Under the pieces are notes generated by a model that saw nothing but the letters and a program-made list of their open reading frames with translations, searched no databases and was not told the origin of the DNA. 64,000 nucleotides of DNA from Takakia lepidozioides (taxonomy: Eukaryota > Plantae > Bryophyta), in the NCBI GenBank assembly GCA_030704615.1, contig CM060733.1, positions 49,662,001-49,726,000 of the forward strand, given 5' to 3'. How positions within the stretch are numbered: the first letter of the stretch is position 1; each line of letters starts with the position of its first letter. Below are positions 54,227-64,000 of the stretch, one piece after another. The position numbers were made by a program, and so were the translations under genes.

Positions 54227-54227
54227 A

Positions 54228-54988
54228 TGTGGTTGGAACACAAAGGAAGGCTCGAAGATGTGTTCTATTTACACAATCTCCACTGGTGTAGCCAGTAGAG
54301 CGGAGAGACCCTCTGCCTTCTCGTCTCTCGACTCCAATCCGGTGTTCTTCTCCCCGGATGGTTTGATAGAACCTAAGTCCTAAAGAATAGACTCGACAAG
54401 TTCGATCCTTCGGCCTGCGGCTCTTTTTCGTAAAGCCAAAAGCTTCCGCCCCCCAAGCACTCGAATCTTCGAAAGCCAGAGGTACGACTGGAATTTCCGT
54501 GTGGCAGGACTTGCCCGGTCTGAACCCGTGCGAGTCCTCCGAGAATGTTGGTTCGTATTATATTCTTTCTAGGACCGCTCTGATGGCTTCTTTTATTACG
54601 TGGTACCTGGGGCTGATCACCGTAAGCGGTCTCGTCTTCCCAGTTTTTCTGGTTTCGGGATGTTGACTCGTCCCGCGGGTTCGAATGGATAATATGTCCC
54701 CGCGTGCAGTTGTTCTGCGGTGTGCTCGAACCATCTCCAGTTGATGCCCTCCAGGGGGTAAACAAGGCCACACAAGTTGCGCTTCTAAAGCCTCAACCTA
54801 CGATTTGTACTGCAGCCATTCAGAGAGCCACGGTTTCAACTACTTGATTAGCCAAGGACTCACTCAGAATAGGAAGTCTGAGGCCCGAAGTCAAAATATC
54901 TATGTATAGCTCACATGAAAAGGCCGAAGGTCCTTTCACGGACTTTCGTCTTCCTCAGATAGGGGAGGGGAGACCCTTATTAGTATCA
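54228..54988 (-). mobile_element. Probable solo LTR
   Basis: About 760-bp CpG-rich non-coding block bounded by TG...CA (minus strand starts TGATAC and ends AACCACA), with a TATA-like CTATCAAA followed by a GA-rich tract. No target duplication, PBS or second LTR is visible. Confidence 0.35.
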
Positions 54989-55754
54989 GCTGTTTTCTAG
55001 AGGGCAGCACCTCAATGCAGAGTTTCTTTGACAAGAACAAGATGGCAACTCTGGAATCACTAACTTCAATGAACTTGACTGCCAATTTAACACAGGAGAA
55101 TAGCTGAGGTGCGATTTGCAGATAGCACTTTACAATAACTGGCCCGCATTCAACAGATCCAACGCCAACAGATCAGCAAGACTTAGGGCCACTTCATTCA
55201 ATGCTGAACAAGAGGCCATTGCACAATTACACTTCATACTCTTTTCAAAATCTTCAGAATTATTTACAATGGGTACACTCAGATTTGAAGAAAGACAATT
55301 CATCTAACAGTATAACAGGGAAGTCACAGTTTGTCCAGATCACTGCACAAGAGTCTCGATTAACAGGAATTTGCAACATCCCCAGATCGTCCATCTGCCT
55401 TGCCTACTATGTTACCTCAACCACAGTATCGTGAAGACAATGCAGCCACCGCTAGATTTCGTTAACTATCAAGGGAGTAAGCCCCTTCATCAGCTGTGAT
55501 ACCTAAACTCAGTATTTCAAATAAGATCACCCACTCCTCGAGCATAATCTCTACAAAACAATTTTGTATGATGGATGCACACTGCCATTACCATCTCACA
55601 TTCGGAAAAGCATCCTGAAATCTCTAAGACTGCTGCACTGAATCTCCTCCATTCTGTCACACCTGTTGAGTACTCTGGCAAGCTAAACTGATAACTGGCA
55701 GGGTCACTTCAACAGAACGAAAGACCACCAGTCTGAACCACACCAATGTAACTC

Positions 55755-58700
55755 TCAGAAAGTTTTGTGCTCCAGGTTCCGTAGTACAACCCGTGCAAAT
55801 ACTTTGGCCTGTAGAGGGGCAGTGGCTGCTGCAGCAACTGTGCGCAAAACCCGGCCTGCACCAGCCTTCTGCAGAAGACTTGCATGATGCATGGCATGCC
55901 TCCCTCCTGGCATTGTGAACTGTGAATCCCTTCCCCAAATACTAGGTGCATTAGAGTCTGAGGGCACTCCCACATGGCATAAGGGTGCAAGAGACATATA
56001 CAGTCAAGATTACCACAGCAAACAACTAGATTCCAACGTGAATTTAACTCTCCCATACAGTAAAACAGAACAGCACCTGAAGAAGAGCAAAGGCAGCACA
56101 ACATCGCAAAACCGCAGCACCATTGCGAAGCATAGCCACAAACCTTCCCACTTCGGCTCCACTGCACACAGTGCACACACCGCTTGACTATTCAAATCAC
56201 CATCATTGCATGCTGCTGGAATTTCCTAAGGTCACTTCAGGGAGCCTTAGCAAACCCCATTCCAACCTATTATTGGGTACAATCTCTTATTTTGAGTACA
56301 TACCCCTCCTATACTTCCAGCTCAACATTGGATGCAATAATTCTAAATTAGTCCAACTAGCCAAGCTCAAGTACAACTGAATCCTACTACACACATGTTT
56401 GCACTCAAGAAATCAAACCAGCAGTACCCAGTCGCAAATGCAACCCTGCTGAAAGGCTCAAACATACACATTGGAAACATATGCAACCAATGTTGGAATT
56501 CTACCATGTTATTATCCAGCAGCCCTCTATGCATCCTTTACATAAACTCCCACTGTGGAACTTCACTGAACCAAGAGAAAATAAATTGCCACTGCTCAAA
56601 CCCAAAACCCTTGTATACAATTTTCTCATGGAAAAGCTAGAGTGTGATCCACTATACTGTGACTATTCCAACAAAGAGGTAGCCGGCTGAAGTACACTAC
56701 TGCCCAACAGTACATTCACACTTTCACATGCTAGGATAATGATGTCAGAGGCACTCTTGAAAAAGGTGTCTTCACCATCCTATTGAATTTGAAAACATTG
56801 CATAATGAAAATTACTCATTACCTAAGAAGAAAGACACAAATCCAGGAAAAGAAGTAACCTGCAGCGAAGATGCCCAGCCTCTGGTATACGTGCCGCTTC
56901 AGCAACTTGCATGAGGGCCGTAGGAGCCCATGAGGTGGCAGCAACCACAAGGGCCTGTGGGTTTGAAAATTCCTGAACAAAAGCTTCAATGTGTTGCATA
57001 GCCAAACGTCTTGCCCCATCCAAGCTCCCAATCCCTCTTCCATTATTCTCACCCATCATCAATCCTGATACGACCTCATCCATCCTGCATGATAGAATCC
57101 ATCCAAGAACCATGGGTGTACTGCAAGATAACTACACAATATTGAGGACACCAAGGAAACAGAACCACATTACTGATGATTCTAAAACACACCATGCATT
57201 CTAAAACCAAAATGGCCCCATCAACCAATCTTTTCAATGCATCAAGACCAATCTCTACCCTTGCAATGGGACACCCAGTGTTTTTCGACCTCCGTTCACT
57301 AACTGAACACAGCACTCATCACAAGTGCACATTATGAAGCAATCAAGTGCTGTAAGGGAAAATTTAGCGCTAATATAGCAACAATCTGCAAAAGTCAGGA
57401 ACGTAGTCACATAACCACAGGGAGCCGACGCGGGCAGCTAGGGCAATAGGCAACACAAGAGACATCAAAATGTTGTACCTGCCGTCAAACATGTAGGCAA
57501 GCGCCAGAGCAGCCATGAACTGTGCCATCTTTGATTTAGATGAAGAACACAAATGCACCAGTGCAGGAACACCCTCCTCCTCAACTATGCGCAATGCATT
57601 TCCTGGATTGAAGGCTAGGTTCCACAGGGCTCCAGCAGCAGTTTCATGTACATCCTACCACCAAAATGTGGACCACTCCCACAATATGTCATCAACTTGA
57701 GCACCATACATATACATATATACCCATCCATAGATAACTGGAATCAAGTTAGACAAACCTCTTGTAACCATCTCCAAATCCTCTTTCTACATATGCATGC
57801 AACATTGGGTTTCCCCCCCCCTACCTCCACCATTAGGCTGGAAGATGCAAAGGGTAAAACAGAATTTTGTCGACAACCAAGATGACAAAGCAATACTGTC
57901 AGAAGGAGGTTTCTCCATGGCAGAATAACAAGTCCCCAGGGGTCTAATAGATTCAGGGAGTTTTTTGATAACTTACCTCAAACTCAGACCGTGCAAGTGT
58001 AATAAGAGGGGCAACTCCACCTTCACGACCAATTGCTATGCTGGAAAAATGAAGAACAATCCAACGACCGACATTTGTTATCCAACTGACAAAGCAACAT
58101 GCAACATCACCACTACAGCGGAAAATGCTGCTGCATCTCCTGTGTGATCTGAGTATAAGAGAGTGTCTTTACATACTTAAAATCCTGAGAGCATATGAAG
58201 CCTACCCTAATTCCCCGCACATACAGGATTTAGAAGTACAAGAGGTCCAACCATTCTACTTACATCTTCAAGTAGAGCAACAGGAGGCATTACCTGTTAG
58301 CTTCAGAAACTGAAAGACCCCAAAGGGCACCAGCAGCCCTCTCTTGCAATCCTTGGGATCCATTGCTGCAGCTTTGTGCCAGCACCACCTGCATCCTCAA
58401 GGACAAATCATTGCAAGGATCAGGCATCACGCAACAAATATCGACAGAACCCTTGTTGGGATTCATTAATCTTTGCATGGATGGTACAATTTTGCAGTAA
58501 AGCAGAGGCCAAGGACCTAAACCTCTCATCACTTGGAAGCTTTCCAATGTAACACCTATTTGTACTGTTGATGGATATCCATGGAAAACCCTACTGTATT
58601 TGTAAGTTAAAAGAAGAAACCCTTGCAAATAAAACCACTCACACCTTGCAGCAACTCACACTTTGAGAGTCTTCTACAATAAAGCTCAAACAAATAGAAT

Positions 58701-61700
58701 TGAAAGCAAACTGTATGAGCAGACTCACCAAGGCCTCGACACCACCAGCAGCTGCAATGGCCTCGCGATTCCTATCGTCAAAAGAGAGATTCCACAGAGC
58801 TCCAGCTGCCTCTTGCCTGTGATTGAAAAAGAACTCACCCTCAGCTTTTGCACAAGAAAGGATACGCATATACTATTCCAGTTAAACTGATGCTAAGACT
58901 GAACACATGCTTATAACTCTCACAGAAGAACAGAAAGCTGTTTACGCTTTTCCCAGCCCAGGACATCTGCATACCAGTGGCGCCCAAACGTTACAAATAT
59001 CAATGGGCTAGGGTAAATCCATACATCACCAGAGGAAAAACTGCACGACGCAGAATCTCCATGACAAAATAGGCCAACTTATCTTCAGAGGGAAATTAAA
59101 GTGAAGTAACACCAGGCCAACCTACCTGACGCCTTCATGAGTAGAGCAAGTGAGATGAACTAGAGCTTCAAGGGCACCCGCCTCTTGACCTACTGCAGCA
59201 TTGTTACCATTGCTGTCACCATGTGCTGCAAGGTTAGCCAAAGCACGAGCAGCCTGCCACAGAAAGGTACAGAGGTACATTCAGTAACACTCTTCCAAGA
59301 AACCCATTGTCTTCAGGAAAGGGAAACTTAAGCAGGGTTTTCTTCACAACAGCAAACACTCTGAATGATTGGGAGTGATCCACATCTCTCAACGATGCTC
59401 AAAAAAGGAGAAATTATCTTGTCCTTTGAGGACAGTGACAAGCTTGAATCTGACAGACTACAGATATCACATTATTTGTCCACACCCGTCATCCTTCAAA
59501 CAGAATTAGACAAACACCTGTTCTTGCACCCCCTCATGATTGCAGAAGCGAGCAAGATTGACAAGGGCATGGACGCCACCAGCCATTGCAACCTCCATGC
59601 TGCACTTATCGTCTGCTGCCAGGTTTGCTAATGCACCTGCTGCTCTCTCCTGCTATCCAAATGATCCCAAAGAACAAGACAAGCATCAGCAAACTTATAC
59701 ACAAGATGGAGGTAGGTGCAAGACTTGATAAAGGCAATACAGACTGACTGGGACACATCCATGAGACTAGAAAGCCAGAGCAGTGATGAATCTCAGCTTC
59801 TCCCAGATCATACTACTAACTTCCATACTACGAATGGTTAACTGCAAGTGAGAGAGCCATGTCTGATGGTTATGATCTAATATGGCAGACTGAAGAGTAC
59901 TCACCAGAACCCCTTCTCCACCAGAAGGCCACTTGAAAGCTAGATCCACCAATGCCTCGATAGCACCTGCTCCAGCTATAGCACCCTAGCAAAATCCATA
60001 GTATATATTATGGAACATCAGAAGCTATTTATGTTATGGAGTGAAATTTTCAGAACAAAAAACGCGAAAAATAATAGACCCCAAAACTTGAACAAGCACA
60101 GCGACAAATAGTCGTAAGCACTGACCCCTGACTCAACCAAAAGGCACCAATTGTTACCTTGTGCTCTTCACCAACAGAGAGGTTCCAGAGCCCACCAGCT
60201 GCCTCTTCCGCAACCCAACGGTTGGGAGATCTTGCCAGGGTTGCCAATATGCTGATCCCACCCTCCATGGCCACAGTCTTTGCAACTTCAGCATTCACGG
60301 ACAAGTTTGCTATAGCCTGCACATAGCAAAGAAACTGGAGTCGGAAGCTGCACAGCTACTGTAGAAATCAAGAGGTCGAGTATCACTCTTGCAGCCAACA
60401 CAAAACATAGATTCAGCAAGACCAGCTGTACTGCACTTTGGTAGTGTTACATTATCACACATCCTGTATCAACACAAAACTTCCTTTGCTTGCAAACTCT
60501 CAAAATAAACACTCAATGACAAATCTAACCAGTGATAAAGTAACTCAGTGGTGTGCCTCAAATGACTGCAAACTTGCTATTTCCTCTACTGCCAGACAAA
60601 GTACCTTTGCTGCTTCTGACTGCACACCTTCCCGGCAAGACTTTGCCAGATCCAAGAGGAATGCAATGCCACCTCCGTGCATTACTGCTTCCGCTCTTGC
60701 TGAATCCACAGTTGCATTCTCATCGTCAATGACCACAAATGTGGCCAGCGCAGTAGCTGCTCTTTCTTGCACATCCTCCTGCAGACTTTGCACAAGGCTT
60801 AACATCACCGCTGTACCTTGCTTTAGCCAGAAACTGTCCAAGCCAGGGATAGTTATCTCTGCAATTTTCAGTAATGCGTGAGAAAGCATCCACTCTATCC
60901 ATTTCGTAAGTTCCAAATCGCCACTCTGGCCTTGTGACGATTGAGGTGCTCCACAAACCACAGCTTGTTTTGAATCAGGAACTAAAGCATTCATACAAGA
61001 TAAAGCTGTCAATCCCTTGACAAGGTCGGCAAAACGTGAGAGCAAAATAGTGGATTTGGTAGAGTATGCAAGAGTGTCGCTGCCATCTTCCAGAACGGGG
61101 CAATTGAGCGCACACAAAACCCTTAACTCGGGTGCTGCAAGCAGCCTTGTGACAGCAGTTGGGGTGATATCAGTTCCAGAGACATCAAGGCCTGTCAAAT
61201 GAGGAATTGTGCTCCACAGTTGTCCTGCGATGTTCCAGGAAATGCATCTAGATCCTGCAACTGACAGAAACCGAAGGCTAGTCGCAGCAGATAAAGCCCC
61301 CTCATCTACCGAACTACATTCCAAAAACCCCAATTCCGTAAGGCCTTGGCAATGCTTCACCAGGGCTCCAATGGCGTCCCCGTCGACATCCCTCACACCT
61401 GATAGGCGCAGGCACCTCAGCTTTGGGCAGCACAAGGCTATTACTTTTATTGCCTCACTAGTGATTCTTTCACAGTCAGGCCCAAGTTGCAGGCTTTCTA
61501 GGGCCGAATGCCTTGCGACAACCATGGAGAGGGATGCATCTGAAAGATCTCTGCAACAATCCCCACTAAGAGCACGCAGCTCTCTTGCCTGTAGACCAAC
61601 AATAGCACTGGCAGCACCACCACCACGAAACCTGAGGCGTTGAAGCTTAGCACAACGTCCTGAGAGAGAGGCAACCATATCTGAGTCCAATGTGTGAGCC

Positions 61701-62038
61701 CGGAGATCTAGTGAAGTCCATAGGGAAGAGGAGGAAGCAAGTGAACGCCACGTCTTACAGACAGATGCCAAACTTGCCCTATCTCTGTGATTCAAAAGTG
61801 TGAACAAGCCAACCAATGTATCATCAGGAAGACATGTCCAATCTGCCTCCCGGCCTCCGTTCGAAAAGATCCAATTGCTGTTGCCTCCAGTCGCTAGAGT
61901 TTCAGAACAGAACACAGAGTCACCTCTGGGATGACCTGCTGGTCGGGCTTTCTTGTTGGGAATTGGTTTATCTTGATCGTCCAAAACTTTGTGCCGCCGT
62001 TTCTGACTATCATCAGCTGTTCCAACAATATGCCTCAT
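55755..62038 (-). CDS. ARABIDILLO: ARABIDILLO-like F-box/LRR/Armadillo-repeat protein
   Basis: Large first coding exon 62038-60605 (NLS-like KRRHK..KKAR, F-box DWTCLPDDT..RDRASLASVCKTW, LRRs). About 11 further ARM exons follow (DVQERAATALATF, AEEAAGGLWNLS, QEAAGALWNLSFDDRNRE, QERAAGALWGLSVSEAN, FMAALALAYMFDGR, FTMPGGRHAMHHASLLQ...FARVVLRNLEH). Confidence 0.95.
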
Positions 62039-62788
62039 CGCACTTCCTGCCACACGCTTAGACACTCATGGAAGGGGATGAATTGAAAGCACAAAGCTCC
62101 CCCTATGTACGTCGGTGAGGTACCTCGCCTAACCCTAGGAGTCACGCACAGACAGAATCAGGAACGCATATAAACCAAAACCAATCACCCTCAAGGCCAA
62201 TCGAATCCTTCCACACTCGCCATACATGTCGAAAACCAATTTAATGCATCCTCTCTCGGTGTCTATGTGCCTCCCATAAATTTATCGTATTGACACACCC
62301 CGTGACAATTCCAGTGTCGAGAACCGGAATAACTCATGGAGTTGTCGGCTGCCAAGATGGCGCAGTAACTGTCAGTGCGTTGCAAACATTACCTCCACAC
62401 CTCCTCCATGTCTGCACATGTGTGCAGACGATGACTGCCTAGACAGACACCACAATATGGATATATGGCCTTCTGAAACCCTCTGTATTCTCCTGAAACT
62501 CTCTGTAACTATAAATTCTAAGGCCACAGAGCAAACCTCATGTTTGCATAGCGAAATTGCATGCAACCTCACATGCAGACACAACCACACCGCTAGCGCT
62601 TCTTAGCGCAGATATCCGCTACATCAAACAACGTCAAATCCATCTCTTCTATCTCTTCAATCACTTGAATCTCTTCAACACAAATCCCAGATTGAAGCGA
62701 GCAGGGAAGGGATGGCAGGGGGCAAGCCTGCCCTCCAGCACCACAATAAGCACAAGAATCCCGCTGCTTGCCTGCGATCCCGGCCTTG

Positions 62789-63113
62789 AACCGACCGGCG
62801 CTGCGACGGGTAGCCCCCCGCCCGCTCTACCCTAACTACTCTCCCTGTTGTGAACGACGGGTTCTGCGGCGGGTGGCCCCCTGCCCGCTCTACCCTACCT
62901 ACTCTTCCTGTAGTTAACGACCCAATCTGCGGCGGGTAGCCCATCCTAACTACTCTTCCCGTAGTTAACGACCAAAGTTTCGACGGGTGGACCCCTGCCC
63001 GCGGGTACCCTAACCACCCTTCCTGTTGTTAACGACCGGCGCTGCTACGGGTGGCCCCCGCCCGCGATACTGTACCCTAACTACTCATCCCGTTGCTAAC
63101 GACCTCGCGCTGC
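62789..63113. repeat. GC-rich minisatellite, about 5.3 units of about 51-67 bp
   Basis: Consensus approximately AACGAC-N~10-CGGGTRGCCCCCYGCCCGCTCTACCCTAACTACTCTTCCTGTWGTT. Confidence 0.92.
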
Positions 63114-63511
63114 TTTTGCCCTCCTCCTCGTATTTTAGGGCACTGCCACCGCACTGCAGCCGGTCCTATGTTCGACTCTTCGTTCCAAACATCCATCCAG
63201 CATTGACCATCGGATAATGGTCAGAAGGGACTTACTGGAATCAGCCAAAGTCGCATAGCAGACTTTGACTTTATTTTGGGAACAATACCAATATCCAAGT
63301 TACTACTAAATTTAAAAACGTTCTGATTGGCTATTTGTTTTAAATAGGTTTTTTTTTTAAATGACGGAGGCCCTGTTAATCAAATAAATGAGGAAAACAA
63401 CCTCAAAAATTAAACCCTGCAGTCACACTGGGTTTTTTTTTTCTTTTTTTTTCTTTTTTTTAATAGAAAGGGATAGGCTTTCCGAGTCATATTCATATCT
63501 TCTATTGACAA

Positions 63512-63700
63512 GGAGCATGTAGCCGAGTGATAATGGGCACATACCACGTTGGATGTGGTTGTGGGTTCAAACCACGGTCTGGTGTGTCATGAAGGTGTCC
63601 AGTGTCCACCTTTCAGCTGGAAGGCAGTAGCCCTTGTGGTGAAGTGACACCATAAGTTACACTCCCTTGGTGGAGCCATCATACTTTTCTTTTTCTTTCT
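63512..63700 (+). mobile_element. Putative tRNA-derived SINE
   Basis: A box TAGCCGAGTGA (63520-63530) and B box GGTTCAAACC (63564-63573) inside a GTGG/CCAC T-stem, with tRNA-like spacing. About 110 nt of unrelated body, then a T-rich tail from about 63684. No full cloverleaf. Confidence 0.6.
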
Positions 63701-64000
63701 TTTTATCTTTGATTTTCTTTCTTTTTCTTTCTCTAGAAAGTGTCGGGTTCGTCCCTTGCCGGGATGTTTGCTTCGTAGTTCATATATGCAAGGGTTAAGC
63801 TAGAGTTGCTCCGCCTTTCCCACATACGAAAGAAGGAATTTTAGTAGTCGTCATCCAATATTTACTTCACTTCGTGCAACATACTGAAAAACATCCCTCC
63901 TCCAAAATCTGTTTTCTACGACATCTATCTCGTATCTTTTTATTTTTTTATTTTTCTTTAAAGAAAGGGGACAGATGCCCTTTTAGTCAAATTAAATAAG

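Noticed and set aside
62789-63113. CRISPR-like array
   Set aside because: Units are degenerate whole-unit tandem copies with only ~10-nt variable parts, there are no cas genes, and the context is eukaryotic nuclear DNA.
63512-63585. Functional tRNA gene
   Set aside because: Acceptor and anticodon stems do not pair convincingly, so it is kept only as a SINE candidate.

Overview
Nuclear DNA of a non-seed land plant, probably a bryophyte. This is inferred from a short bryophyte-type mitochondrial rps4 insertion carrying unedited C-to-U codons. Six conventional genes are present, five intron-containing and one intronless: the 3' part of a callose synthase (+), an NDUFAF7/MidA methyltransferase (+), an Smr-less plastid MutS2 (+), an intronless RKF3/SPARK-type receptor kinase (+), an FBL4-like F-box/LRR gene (-) and an ARABIDILLO-like F-box/LRR/ARM gene (-). 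There is also a two-exon LEA14 gene (-). The most unusual feature is a chimeric gene at 42945-51853 that the ORF track does not show. Fourteen GT-AG exons with compatible phases join a BPA1-type RRM, an alpha/beta-hydrolase with Gly in place of the catalytic Ser, and an internally deleted piece of clathrin heavy chain, with one in-frame TGA in a skippable exon. Introns carry many 5'-truncated copies of a non-LTR retrotransposon with no poly(A) tail and almost no 3' UTR, which inserts at TC/GA tracts and has stacked three times at one site. A second structured 3'-end repeat family, a NUMT (trnK-UUU plus a rps4 fragment), a probable solo LTR, a tRNA-derived SINE, a ~63-bp GC-rich minisatellite and several hairpins are also present. 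Exon coordinates were read by hand and may be off by a few bases.
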